Part shown: positions 20,187-29,929 of the stretch, piece after piece
How the letters are laid out: each line of letters opens with the position of its first letter
How positions within the stretch are numbered: the stretch's first letter is position 1
Source of the DNA: an uncultured Gemmatimonadales bacterium
GTDB lineage: Bacteria; Gemmatimonadota; Gemmatimonadetes; Longimicrobiales; Longimicrobiaceae
NCBI GenBank assembly: GCA_963716255.1
Contig: OY970303.1
Location: forward strand, 4,448,001-4,512,000
Direction: 5' to 3'
Length of the DNA stretch: 64,000 nucleotides
Notes under the pieces: model-generated
Seen by the model: only the letters and a program-made list of their open reading frames with translations
What the model was told of the DNA's origin: nothing
The model's database searches: none
Made by a program: the position numbers and the translations under genes

Positions 20187-21023
20187 TCATGGCGCGAAAA
20201 GCGGCTGCTCTCCGGCGGCGGGGACGACGCCCGCGGCGCGGCCCCGCTCGAAGAGCGCGAGGATGGCCCGCTCGCCCTCGTCGCCCAGGTCGCGCGAGAA
20301 GTCGTTGACGTACAGCTCCACGTGGCGCCGCATGACGCTCTCTTCCATCTCCTGGGCGTGGGCGCGCAGGTAGGGGAGCGAATCGTCCGGGTGGGCGAAG
20401 GCGTGGTCCACGGAGCGGCGGATCCCTTCCTCCACGGCGCGGACGGTCCCGGCGCCCAGGCCGCGGCGCGCGAGGATGCCGCCCAGGGGGATGGGGAGCC
20501 CGGTCTCGCGCTCCCACCACTCGCCCAGGTCCACAAGGCAGACCAGCCCGTGCTCGGGGTAGGTGAAGCGGGACTCGTGGATGATGAGCCCGGCGTCGAA
20601 GTCGCCGCGCTCCACGGCGGGCATGACGTCGCTGTAGACCACCTCGATGCCCTCGGCGAGGGCGGGGTCGAAGAGGCGCAGCAGCAGGTTGGCGGTGGTG
20701 AAGCGGCCGGGGATGGCGATGCGCTTTCCGCGCAGCTCCTGCATGGGCACCGGCTCGCGCGCGACCACCAGCGGGCCGCACCCGCGCCCCAGCGCGCCGC
20801 CGCTGCGCAGGAGGACGTAGTCGTCCAGCAGGTACGGGATGGCGCCGTAGGAGATCTTGGTGACGTCCAGCTCCGCCGCGCGGGCGAGGCGGTTGAGCGT
20901 TTCCACGTCCTCCAGCCGCTCGCGGAAGCGGATGCCCTCCACCGCGACGCGGTCGTGCACCAGCGCGTCGAAGATGAAGGTGTCGTTGGGGCAGGGGGAG
21001 TAGCCGAGGGTCAGGGACTTCAT
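20187..21023 (-). CDS. mqnD: 1,4-dihydroxy-6-naphthoate synthase
   Basis: GYSPCPNDTFIF, GRGCGPL, IIHESRFTY, PIPLGG. Confidence 0.95.
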   Translation of the reverse strand: MKSLTLGYSPCPNDTFIFDALVHDRVAVEGIRFRERLEDVETLNRLARAAELDVTKISYGAIPYLLDDYVLLRSGGALGRGCGPLVVAREPVPMQELRGKRIAIPGRFTTANLLLRLFDPALAEGIEVVYSDVMPAVERGDFDAGLIIHESRFTYPEHGLVCLVDLGEWWERETGLPIPLGGILARRGLGAGTVRAVEEGIRRSVDHAFAHPDDSLPYLRAHAQEMEESVMRRHVELYVNDFSRDLGDEGERAILALFERGRAAGVVPAAGEQPLFAP

Positions 21024-21061
21024 GACGGCAGTGCGTGAGTGCGAGAGTGCGGGGCGGCCGG

Positions 21062-21793
21062 TCAGTCGATCCAGGATGCCACCAGGACGCGGACGGCGCG
21101 CTGGGCGGCTTCGGCGGCGTCGCGGATGCGCCAGGTGGACAGGTCGCGGTCCTCGACGGTGTTGCTGACGGCGCGGAGCTCCAGGAACGGCGCGCCGTAC
21201 AGGGCGCAGACGTGGGCGAGGGCGGCGCCCTCCATCCCCTCGGTCAGGGCGCCGAAGCGGCGGGCCAGCTGCTCGCCGCGCGCGGTGGTGCCCGAGCAGG
21301 TGGAGACGGTGAGCGCGGGGCCCACGCGCGCGGGGATGCCGGCGGCCTCCAGCGCGGCGCGGGCGCGCTCCACGCGCGCGGGGTCCAGCGGGAAGCGGTT
21401 GAAGCGGCGGACGCCGTCGCGCTCCAGGAGCGGGATGCCGATGCCCTCGGTGGACATCCAGCCGCCGGGCGCGTCCACGCCCTCGTCGGCGTAGACGGCC
21501 TCGGAGGCAAGGGCCACGCCGCCGACGCCCAGCCCGGAGGCCGGGTAGGCGCCCGCGATGCCGAAGCCGACCACGCCGCGCACGGGGCGCGTTTCCAGCA
21601 GGGCGGTGGCGCCGTGCGCGGCGTTGGTCTTTCCCATCCCCACGGGGAAGAGGAGGACCGGTACGCCGTCCAGCGTTCCCTCGGCCGCGGGCTTGCGTCC
21701 CACCTGCACCTCGCGCGCGCCGGCGAGCGCGGCGCGGAGCTGCGCCGCCTCCAGGGCGACGGAGCAGAGGAGTGCGAGGGGCGGTGCGTCCAC
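21062..21793 (-). CDS. mqnB: futalosine hydrolase
   Basis: GMGKTNAA, GIAGAY, TVSTCSGT, GMEGAA, RAVSN; adjacent to mqnD. Confidence 0.9.
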   Translation of the reverse strand: MDAPPLALLCSVALEAAQLRAALAGAREVQVGRKPAAEGTLDGVPVLLFPVGMGKTNAAHGATALLETRPVRGVVGFGIAGAYPASGLGVGGVALASEAVYADEGVDAPGGWMSTEGIGIPLLERDGVRRFNRFPLDPARVERARAALEAAGIPARVGPALTVSTCSGTTARGEQLARRFGALTEGMEGAALAHVCALYGAPFLELRAVSNTVEDRDLSTWRIRDAAEAAQRAVRVLVASWID

Positions 21794-21953
21794 CTGGGCG
21801 GCCACGGGGTCGGGTGCGTTTTCCGGTTCGGGTGCGGGCGCTGCGAAACGGAGGGAATCTACACCCTCGCTCCGTGCGCGGGGAACCCGCGGCCCCCCTG
21901 CGGCGTCAAAGGACTCGCCGAGACCGTGAAGCCCCACCCGAACCACCCTGACC

Positions 21954-22625
21954 ATGCAGCCCGGCAAGCTCGTCCCCCTGCTCGTCCTGCTCTCCGCCTG
22001 CGCGGCGCCCCGGCCGGCTCCGCCGCCCGCGCCCTCCGCTCCGCCGCCGCCCCCGCCGTTCGCGTACGCGACGGTGTGGACGCGCGAGGCGGCGACCGCG
22101 CTGCGCCCGGACTCGGCGGGCGCGGCGGTGCCCGCGCTGCCGAACGCCTTCACGCGGCTGGAGGTGCTGCGCTCGGACTCGGCGTCGCTGTACGTGCGCT
22201 GCGTGGTGTGCACGCCGCGGGGGGAGGGGTGGGTGGAGAAGGCGCGGGTGGTGTTCGAGCCCCGCGCGCCCGCGCTGGCCGCCCACGGCGACCTGGCGGA
22301 GTTCCTCCTGGCCGTGCGTGCCGCCGCGGCCCGCCGCGACGTGGCCGCGCTGCGCCCGGTGATGTCGCCGCGCTTCACGCACTCGCTGGGCGGCGCGGAC
22401 GGGATCATCGAGGCGGTTGCGCGCTGGGAGCAGGAGGGCTTCCGACGGCTGGACCGCCTCCCCTGGCTGCTGGACCGCGGCGTGGCGACCCCGGACGGTT
22501 CCGTCTGGGCCGCGCCGCCCGCCTGGGTCGCGGACCGCGCCTACCGCGACCTGCGCGCGGGCTTCCGCCGCGAGGGGAACCGCTGGGAGTGGATCTTTTT
22601 GGTGCCGGGGCCGGGGGAGAGCTGA
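21954..22625 (+). CDS. hypothetical lipoprotein
   Basis: Lipobox LSAC, Pro-rich linker. Confidence 0.75.
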   Translation: MQPGKLVPLLVLLSACAAPRPAPPPAPSAPPPPPPFAYATVWTREAATALRPDSAGAAVPALPNAFTRLEVLRSDSASLYVRCVVCTPRGEGWVEKARVVFEPRAPALAAHGDLAEFLLAVRAAAARRDVAALRPVMSPRFTHSLGGADGIIEAVARWEQEGFRRLDRLPWLLDRGVATPDGSVWAAPPAWVADRAYRDLRAGFRREGNRWEWIFLVPGPGES

Positions 22626-22730
22626 GGGGATAGGGAACAGGGAACAGCCTGCAACTGAGGGACGGCGCCCTCGCCGCGAGATCGCGGTGGGGGCGCCGTT
22701 CGCCGTTGGTAGTTCCGCTTTACCCATGTC

Positions 22731-22869
22731 CATCTGTGCGGAGGGAGACTCGCGCGGCGGTTTGCGCGAGGCTCGCTCCGCGGGCGGGGAGACTGCCGGC
22801 AGTTTCGGCAGGCTCACCGACCCCGCGCAGGAGACCGGCAGCAGTACCGCCGGGCTCCGGAGCGGCCCC
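22731..22869 (-). repeat. family B copy
   Basis: Reverse complement of triple-hairpin unit. Confidence 0.8.
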
Positions 22870-23031
22870 ACGCACCGGCCCACCCCCCGTACACTTCTTG
22901 CGTGCGCTGAACCCCCGGTGCGCGCCGCCCAAGGCCGCGGACGAAGATGCTTGACGCAACGTCCTGCGGTCGGGCAACTTGGCAACCACCTGTCCTCGCG
23001 GTACCCTCCACACCCCACAAGGAGGTGCAGA

Positions 23032-25140
23032 ATGGCGTCAGCCCCATCCTTCACAACGGACCGTCTCCGCAACGTCGTGGTCGTCGGGCACGGCGGGGCG
23101 GGAAAGACCACCCTGGTGGACGCCTGCTGCCACACGGCCGGGAGCTCGCGCCGGCACGGGTCGAGCGCCGATGGCACCGCGCTGACCATGTTCACCCCCG
23201 AGGAGATCGCGCACGGGGTGTCGATGAACGTGTCGGTGGCCCACGCGGTGTGGATGGACACCAAGATCAACTTCCTGGACACGCCGGGCTACCTGGACTT
23301 CCTGGGGGAAACGCGGGCGGGGGTGCGCGTTGCGGACGGGGCGATCTGCGTGGTGTCGGGGGCCAACGGGGTGGAGGTGGGGACGGAGCGGGTGTGGGAG
23401 CTGCTGGAGGAGCGCCACCTCCCCACCATCGTGTTCGTGTCGATGATGGACCGGCAGAACGTGGACTTCGAGCAGGTGTTCCAGGACGTCAAGGAGCACC
23501 TGAGCGCGAAGGTGATCCCGGTGGAGGTGCCCATCGGGAGCGGCGACGACTTCCGGGGGATCATCAACCTGTTCACGGAGCGGGCGCAGCTCATCAGAAA
23601 GGGCGCGGAGGCGGACCAGTTCGAGGAGGGGGAGATCCCGGAGGAGTACCGCGACGTGGAGCACCGCTACTACCAGGAGCTGATCGAGACCATCGCCTCC
23701 ACGGACGACGGCCTGCTGGAGCACTACCTGGAGGGCGACACCATCTCGCGCGAGGAGGCGCTGCACGCGCTGAAGCAGGCGATGCTGCGAGGTGACCTGG
23801 TGCCGCTGTTCGTGGGCGCGCCCAGCGAGGAGTGGGGGGTGCGGACGCTGCTCACCGAGATCGTGGAGCTGATGCCCTCGCCGCAGGAGCGCCCGGCGGA
23901 GCCGGCGACGGGGCGCACGGGGAACACGGTGGAGCTGCGCAGCCTGAACTCGGACCCGTTCTGCGCGCTGGTGTTCAAGACCACCAGCGAGCCCCACGTG
24001 GGGGAGCTGACCTTCTTCCGCATCTACGGCGGCTCGCTGAAGAGCGGCGACGAGGTGCTGAACGCCACGCGCGAGAAGGCGGAGAAGCTGGCGCACCTTT
24101 CGGTGCCGCAGGGCAAGGAGCGGATGGAGGTGGAGGAGCTGCGCGCCGGGGACATCGGGGTGGTGGCGAAGCTGCGCGACACGCACACCAACGACACGCT
24201 GGCGGCGCCGGCGCACCCGCTCGTGCTGGACGGGGTCCGCTTCCCGGACTCGGACATCGCCATCGCGGTGGAGGCGACGACGCGCGGCGAGGAGGACAAG
24301 CTGGCGGTGGGGCTGCACAAGCTGCACGAGGAGGACCCCTGCTTCGCCGCGGAGTACAACCCGGAGCTGCGCCAGACCATCGCCCGGGGGATCGGCGAGC
24401 TGCACCTGGAGGTGCAGATGGAGCGGCTGAAGCGCAAGTACGGGGTGGAGGTGGCGCTGAGGGCGCCGCGCATTCCCTACCGCGAGACCATCCGCTCGGT
24501 GGCGGAGGCGCACGGCCGCTACAAGAAGCAGACGGGGGGCCGCGGGCAGTTCGGCGACGCGCACGTGCGCCTGAAGCCGCTGGGCCGCGGCGAGGGGTAC
24601 CGCTTCACGGACGCCATCGTGGGCGGGGTGATCCCCGGCAAGTACATCCCCGCGGTGGACAAGGGGGTGCAGGAGGCGGCCCTGCGCGGGGTGCTGGCCG
24701 GCTTCCCGGTGGTGGACTTCGAGGCGGAGTGCTACTTCGGGAGCTTCCACTCGGTGGACTCGTCCGAGGCGGCGTTCAAGGTGGCGGGGTCCATGGCGTT
24801 CCAGGAGGCGGCGGAAAAGGCGCAGCCGGTGATCCTGGAGCCGGTGATGAAGGTGGACGTGTTCACGCCCGAGGAGTTCCTGGGCGACGTGATCGGCGAC
24901 CTGAACCAGCGCCGCGGCCACATCCTGGGGATCGATTCGGCCGGGCGGAACCAGAAGGTGAGCGCGCTGGTGCCGCAGGCGGAGCTGTACAAGTACTCCA
25001 CGGCGCTGCGCTCCCTGACGCAGGGGCGGGCGACGCACGCGCGCACCTTCCACGCGTACGAGGAGGTGCCGCAGCACGAGGTGCAGAAGCTGGTGGAGGC
25101 GGCCAGGAAGGAGCGCGAGGAGCTGGCCGCGGCGCGGTAA
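23032..25140 (+). CDS. fusA2: elongation factor G paralog (EF-G2-like)
   Basis: AAGGAGG RBS; GHGGAGKTT, DTPGY, GELHL, KKQTGGRGQ, HSVDSS; not in str operon. Confidence 0.9.
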   Translation: MASAPSFTTDRLRNVVVVGHGGAGKTTLVDACCHTAGSSRRHGSSADGTALTMFTPEEIAHGVSMNVSVAHAVWMDTKINFLDTPGYLDFLGETRAGVRVADGAICVVSGANGVEVGTERVWELLEERHLPTIVFVSMMDRQNVDFEQVFQDVKEHLSAKVIPVEVPIGSGDDFRGIINLFTERAQLIRKGAEADQFEEGEIPEEYRDVEHRYYQELIETIASTDDGLLEHYLEGDTISREEALHALKQAMLRGDLVPLFVGAPSEEWGVRTLLTEIVELMPSPQERPAEPATGRTGNTVELRSLNSDPFCALVFKTTSEPHVGELTFFRIYGGSLKSGDEVLNATREKAEKLAHLSVPQGKERMEVEELRAGDIGVVAKLRDTHTNDTLAAPAHPLVLDGVRFPDSDIAIAVEATTRGEEDKLAVGLHKLHEEDPCFAAEYNPELRQTIARGIGELHLEVQMERLKRKYGVEVALRAPRIPYRETIRSVAEAHGRYKKQTGGRGQFGDAHVRLKPLGRGEGYRFTDAIVGGVIPGKYIPAVDKGVQEAALRGVLAGFPVVDFEAECYFGSFHSVDSSEAAFKVAGSMAFQEAAEKAQPVILEPVMKVDVFTPEEFLGDVIGDLNQRRGHILGIDSAGRNQKVSALVPQAELYKYSTALRSLTQGRATHARTFHAYEEVPQHEVQKLVEAARKEREELAAAR

Positions 25141-25217
25141 CGGCCGGCGGCAGGGGTGAAGAACACGAACGGGGCGGCCCCACGGCGGGGCCGCCCCGGC
25201 TCGCTTGCCGGCAGGAC

Positions 25218-25307
25218 GGGCCCTCACCCGGCTCGCTTGAGGCTCGCCACCCTCTCTCTTCATCCGGTTCACGCGAAGCGTGAAGCGCCATTCTGGGAGA
25301 GGGGGCC
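25218..25307. repeat. family C (BoxC/REP-like) unit
   Basis: CCCTCACCCGGCTCGC..GCTCGCCACCCTCTC...GGGAGAGGG. Confidence 0.6.
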
Positions 25308-25339
25308 AACTGCTGGATTTTGAGAACGGGCGAGATGTT

Positions 25340-25470
25340 GCGTGAGGGATTTCGGCCCGAAGGGGCGAGACCCCGCGGGCAGTTTCGCGGGGTCTCGACT
25401 CCGTTAAGCACGGTTGTATCGTGCTTTACGGAGCCGAAGCCCGACCCCGGCGCCAGCCGGGGGCACGCCC
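25340..25470 (+). repeat. family A copy
   Basis: Same frame, covarying stems. Confidence 0.9.
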
Positions 25471-25493
25471 GAATCCAGCCGTTCAAAAAGCCG

Positions 25494-25871
25494 TCACTCC
25501 ACCACTACGGTCGCTCTCATCCCTGGGTGCGGCTCGCAGTGGTACGGGAACCGCCCCACCTGGTCGAACGTCCGCGTGAAGCTGGTGTTGGGCGAGATCA
25601 GCCCGGAGTCCCACGCGTCCGTGTCGGAGGTGCTGCTGTGGCTCTGGGAATCGCAGTTCACCCAGGTCACCTGCGACCCCCGGGCGACGCGGATCTCCGT
25701 GACCCCGAACGCGAAGTTCTGGATGCGCACGGTGCTGGCCGTGGGGTTGGTGCACAGGTCCCCCGCCGGGGTCTCGGTGACGGTGCTGCGCTCCGAGAAG
25801 CACCCGGCCAGCGTGGTGCCCAGCACCAGGGCGGCGGGAACGAAGCGTCGGATGGGCATGGGGCTCCTCAT
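25494..25871 (-). CDS. cupredoxin (amicyanin/plastocyanin-like) lipoprotein
   Basis: Lipobox LAGC; H...CEPHPGM type-1 Cu motif. Confidence 0.85.
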   Translation of the reverse strand: MRSPMPIRRFVPAALVLGTTLAGCFSERSTVTETPAGDLCTNPTASTVRIQNFAFGVTEIRVARGSQVTWVNCDSQSHSSTSDTDAWDSGLISPNTSFTRTFDQVGRFPYHCEPHPGMRATVVVE

Positions 25872-26977
25872 GGCGCGCGGACCACGACCGTCCCCTTCAT
25901 GAAGGGGTGCGGCGTGCAGGCGAAGGGATAGGTGCCGGGGGTGTCGAAGCGCCTGCGCCACACGGCGCCGGGCTCGACCGGGCCGGAATCGAAGCTGCGG
26001 TCGGCGGCGGTGATGGTGTGGGCCATGGCGTCCTCGTTCTTCCACTCCACGGTGGTCCCCGCCACCACCTCGATCTGCCCGGGGGTGAAGGCGAAGCCGC
26101 GCATCCCCGCCCGGAAGGTGGCGGCGGCCTCGGCGGCGGGGGCGGACGGCGTCGCGGCGGCCGGCGCGGCGCCCGGCGCGGCGGGCACGCCCCCGGACGC
26201 GGGCGCTCCCCCGCCGCCCATCCAGCGGCGCAGCGTCAGCGGCACGGTGAACTCGAAGCCGTAGCGGACCTCGTCGGTCCCGCGCGAGATCCCCTGCAGC
26301 GTGGTGGTGGACGTGTTGCTGGCCTGCAGCGACAGGGTGTGCGGGGTGTGGGGGATGGCCAGGTGCAGCCCGGCGCTCCACGCCACCTCCTCGCCCTCCT
26401 CGCGGTCAAGGAGCGTGGCCACGTCCCCCGCGACCGCCCACCAGCGCCCCAGGCGCAGCGTGGCACCCCCCGCGGCGGCGAAGCGCGGGTTTCCCTCCTC
26501 GAAGGGGTCGGACATCACGCGTCCCGCGGCGAGCATCCTCAGCGGCCCCGTGCGCCGGGCGAGGGTGAGCTCGCCGTCCACCCCGTCGGAGGACAGGTTG
26601 TAGCCCACCTGCCCGGCCACGTCCACCGGGAACCCGGCGTCCTGCGAGAAGGGCTGGTGCCGCGCGAAGAACTCCCACTCGTTGGGGTAGCGCGGGGCGA
26701 GCTGGGAGTTGGTGGCGTAGTGGAAGCCCACCAGCGTGCGCGCGGGGAGCCCGGCCGCCACGGTGAAGGTGGGGGTGTTGGACACCTTCCGCTCGGGCGC
26801 GTCGCTGGCCGTGAAGCGGTGCATGAAGTGGAAGTACATGCTGCCGCTGTTCCCCACCCAGCTCCCGGACATGTTGGGGGGGCGGTCCAGGAGAGACTGG
26901 CCCCTCGCGGCGGCCGGGGCCGCCGCGAGGGTCAGGGCGCAGAGTCCCGCTGTGGTGACCCTCCGCCGTGTGCTCAT
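25868..26977 (-). CDS. outer-membrane beta-barrel-like domain (DUF5777-like) fused to C-terminal cupredoxin
   Basis: Signal peptide; FHFMHRF, HTLSLQASNT, amphipathic strands; H...CTPHPFM. Confidence 0.75.
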   Translation of the reverse strand: MSTRRRVTTAGLCALTLAAAPAAARGQSLLDRPPNMSGSWVGNSGSMYFHFMHRFTASDAPERKVSNTPTFTVAAGLPARTLVGFHYATNSQLAPRYPNEWEFFARHQPFSQDAGFPVDVAGQVGYNLSSDGVDGELTLARRTGPLRMLAAGRVMSDPFEEGNPRFAAAGGATLRLGRWWAVAGDVATLLDREEGEEVAWSAGLHLAIPHTPHTLSLQASNTSTTTLQGISRGTDEVRYGFEFTVPLTLRRWMGGGGAPASGGVPAAPGAAPAAATPSAPAAEAAATFRAGMRGFAFTPGQIEVVAGTTVEWKNEDAMAHTITAADRSFDSGPVEPGAVWRRRFDTPGTYPFACTPHPFMKGTVVVRAP

Positions 26978-27396
26978 TGAACGACCACCGTGCCCCGCAT
27001 CCCCATGGACATGTGGGGCATGCAGTAGAACGCGTAGCTCCCCGGCGCGACGCCGGCGAACGAGACGGTGTAGCTGTCGCCCGCCCTGGTGAGGATGGTC
27101 CCGGCGAGGGGGGAGATCTGCTCCGGCATGCCGGCGGCGAGCGCCCGCTCGGCGGCGTCCGGGATCTTTTCGGCGTCGAAGGACACGTTGTGGGGCCCGC
27201 CCGAGGTCATCACGAACCGGACCTGGTCGCCGCGCTTGATGGTGACGGTGGCGGGGGAGAAGCGGTACGCGCTCCCCTCCTGGACCATGCGGACCTGGTG
27301 CACGACGGGAGCCCGCTCGGGCGCCAGCATGTCCGCGAAGGACACGGGGAAGGCGAGGAGGACCCCGCCGAGGATGGTGCGGCCGATCATCTGCAT
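26974..27396 (-). CDS. plastocyanin/azurin family copper protein
   Basis: GPHNVSF ... FYCMPHMSMGMRG. Confidence 0.9.
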   Translation of the reverse strand: MQMIGRTILGGVLLAFPVSFADMLAPERAPVVHQVRMVQEGSAYRFSPATVTIKRGDQVRFVMTSGGPHNVSFDAEKIPDAAERALAAGMPEQISPLAGTILTRAGDSYTVSFAGVAPGSYAFYCMPHMSMGMRGTVVVQ

Positions 27397-27448
27397 GCGT
27401 GTATCTCTCCGTCGTGGTGTGGGTGTGGGGTCCGGGCGGCGGAGCGGG

Positions 27449-28447
27449 TCACTGCACGACCACGCTCCCGTTCATCCCGCTGTGGCGGGTGCAGCTGTAG
27501 GGGTAGCTCCCCGCGGTGGAAAAGGTGCGCGACACGGTGCCCGAGCGGGTGTCCGGGATGTTCCCGCCCGCGGGGGCGGCGCCCTGGAAGGTGACGTTGT
27601 GCGTGGCTCCGGAGATCTCCCAGTTCACCGTGCCGCCCCGGGCGATGGTGACCGTGGCGGGGGAGAAGGAGGTGCCGGGGGTGGTGACCGTCGCCGTGCT
27701 CCCGGAGGGCGGCGGCGTCGCCGGGGGAGTGGCCGGCGGGGCCTGCTGGCCGGTGACGACGACCGTGCCGGTCTTTCCCTTGCTCTCGTGCCTGGCGCAC
27801 CGGTACGTGTAGGTGCCCGGGGTGGAAAAGGTGCGCGAGACGGAGACGCCCTCGTCGGTCTTGGGGATGTTCCCGCCGGCGGGCGCCGGGCCGGTCCAGG
27901 TGATGTCGTGCTCGTCGTCCACCATGCGCCAGGTGACCGTCCCTCCCGCCGCGATGGTGACCGCGGACGGGGAGAAGGCGTGGTCGCCGGCGTCCACCAG
28001 GGCGGTGCTCGGCGCGGCGGGCGGGGGAGTCGTGGGCGGCGTGCCCGGCGCTCCCGGCGCGGCGGCGGCGGTCACCAGCACCACGGCGCTGGCGGTCCGC
28101 GTGACCCCGGCGGCGACCAGCGTGGCGGTGATGGTCACCTCGCCCGCCGCCTTTGCCGTGACCATGCCGTCCGGCGTGACGGAGGCGCGGCCGGGGTCCC
28201 CGGAAACGAAGACCGGGGCCGGGAGCCCGGAGAGCGGGTTGCCGCTCCCGTCCGTGGCGACCCCGGAAAGGCGGGCCGTTCCCCCGACCGGGAGCGAGGT
28301 GGAGGGCGGGTCGATGCGGAGCGCGGCGACCGCGGGTCCCTCGGCCGGGGTGGTCACCGCCGCTCCTCCGCCCCCGCATCCCGAAAGGGCGAGGCAGGTG
28401 AGCAGGAGGGCTGTCGCCCGGGAGGTCGTGGATGCTGCGCTCGCCAT
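27449..28447 (-). CDS. lipoprotein with Ig-like (Big_2) and two cupredoxin domains
   Basis: Lipobox LSGC; HDITW..CARH..K; HNVTF..CTRHSGM. Confidence 0.85.
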   Translation of the reverse strand: MASAASTTSRATALLLTCLALSGCGGGGAAVTTPAEGPAVAALRIDPPSTSLPVGGTARLSGVATDGSGNPLSGLPAPVFVSGDPGRASVTPDGMVTAKAAGEVTITATLVAAGVTRTASAVVLVTAAAAPGAPGTPPTTPPPAAPSTALVDAGDHAFSPSAVTIAAGGTVTWRMVDDEHDITWTGPAPAGGNIPKTDEGVSVSRTFSTPGTYTYRCARHESKGKTGTVVVTGQQAPPATPPATPPPSGSTATVTTPGTSFSPATVTIARGGTVNWEISGATHNVTFQGAAPAGGNIPDTRSGTVSRTFSTAGSYPYSCTRHSGMNGSVVVQ

Positions 28448-28531
28448 CTTCAACTCCTTGGTGCTGGCCGTGGCACGGGGATCGCGCGGGGAGGCCGGAC
28501 CGGCGGCCTTCCCGTGACGCCTCGCCGAAGG

Positions 28532-28680
28532 GCAACACGGGGGCCGGATCGACACGCAGGATGTTTTTTGCGCAAGTCCCTGATGCGCGGTGGTTTGTGG
28601 GATTCCCGGAATTCCTCCGGGCGGGTGGGCGGTCCGCGGCGATGTCTCGTAACGGGACATCCTGTTGCGTGCCGGGACAG
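28532..28680 (-). promoter_or_regulatory. sigma-54 promoter + IHF-like site + tandem TGT-N11-ACA UAS for cupredoxin operon
   Basis: Minus CGGCCC-CCGTG-TTGC (28546-28532); CATCAGGGACTTG (28585-28573); TGT-N11-ACA at 28643 and 28663. Confidence 0.55.
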
Positions 28681-28904
28681 GCGCACCCGGGAGGGCGATG
28701 GCGCAGACGCGCGGGGGCGAGCCCGCGGACGCCGTGCGCGCCTCCAGTCGGGGCCCCCGCCCCCGGCGGCGGACCGTGACGTGTACGTGTACGTGTACTT
28801 CGACGACGACGCACGGGTGCGCGCGCCCTTCGACGCGCTGCGCCCGGCGAAGCGGCCGGGGCCCTCAGGCCGCGGGCGCGCTCACCCTTCTTCCCATCCC
28901 GGGC

Positions 28905-29585
28905 ATGGAACCTCGCTCTGCGCTGCTCCTGGGCGCCACCGGCCTGGTCGGCGGCCACGTGCTGGACCTGCTGCTGGACGACCCCGCGTACGGGAGCGTG
29001 CTCGTGCTGGGCCGGCGAGCCGCTCCGCGCGAGCACCCCAAGCTGCGCCAGGAGGTCGTGGACTTCGACCGGCTGCGCGACTTCAGCGGGACCGTGCGGG
29101 CGCAGGACGTGTTCTGCTGCCTGGGCACCACCATCCGGGCCGCGGGCTCGCGCGAGGCGTTCCGCCGCGTGGACCTGGACTACCCGCGGGCGGTGGCGGA
29201 GGCGGCCGCGCGCAACGGCTCGGAGCGCTTCCTCCTGGTCACGGCGATGGGGGCGGACGCGAATTCGTCCGTGTTCTACAACCGGGTCAAGGGCGAGGTG
29301 GAGGACGCGGTGCGCACCCTACCCTTCCAGGAGGTGGCGATCCTGCGTCCCTCGCTCATCCTGGGGGAGCGCGCGGAGCGGCGGCCGGCGGAAGCCCTGG
29401 CGCAGCGCCTGGCGCCGCGGCTCGATCCGCTGCTGCGCGGGCCGCTGCGCAGGTACCGGGCGGTGCAGGCGGAGACGGTCGCGCGGGCGATGCTGCGGCT
29501 CGCGAAGTCCGGCGGGCGGGGCGTACGCATCGTGGAGTCGGATGGGATCCAGGCACTGGGGAGCGGAAATCTTGCCGACGGGTGA
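28905..29585 (+). CDS. NAD(P)-binding oxidoreductase (YraR/TIP30-like)
   Basis: GATGLVG, CCLGTT, FYNRVKGEVE, RPSLILG. Confidence 0.9.
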   Translation: MEPRSALLLGATGLVGGHVLDLLLDDPAYGSVLVLGRRAAPREHPKLRQEVVDFDRLRDFSGTVRAQDVFCCLGTTIRAAGSREAFRRVDLDYPRAVAEAAARNGSERFLLVTAMGADANSSVFYNRVKGEVEDAVRTLPFQEVAILRPSLILGERAERRPAEALAQRLAPRLDPLLRGPLRRYRAVQAETVARAMLRLAKSGGRGVRIVESDGIQALGSGNLADG

Positions 29586-29629
29586 TCGTGGTTGTAATTT
29601 GTTGGTCGTGAACCGTTCGAGGAGAGACC

Positions 29630-29929
29630 ATGGACGAGCACAGGCCCGGGGGGAAGCCGAAAAAAGTCCGGGAGGCTCTGTTCGCCCCCGGCGCGGACGA
29701 GACGGTGGTGTCCGCGGCGGACTTCAAGACGCACTGCCTCCAGCTGATGGACCGGGTGCAGCGGGAGCGGACGGAGGTGGTGGTGACCCGCTACGGCCGC
29801 CCCGTGGCGCGGCTGGTGCCGTACGAGGCGGCGGAGGCGGTCTCCCCCTTCGGGGTGCTGCGGGGGACGGTCACCTTCCACGGCGACGTGGTGGAGCCCA
29901 CCGGCGAGGCGTGGGAAGCGGATGCCTGA
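29630..29929 (+). CDS. Phd/YefM antitoxin
   Basis: SAADFKTHCLQLMDRV..VVTRYGRPVARLVP. Confidence 0.88.
   Translation: MDEHRPGGKPKKVREALFAPGADETVVSAADFKTHCLQLMDRVQRERTEVVVTRYGRPVARLVPYEAAEAVSPFGVLRGTVTFHGDVVEPTGEAWEADA

Noticed and set aside
28778..28812. Short tandem repeats (CGTGTA x3; also AGGGAAC ~22632, GAGTAC ~56205, GTGCGNGA ~21030)
   Set aside because: Too short and degenerate to support any function.
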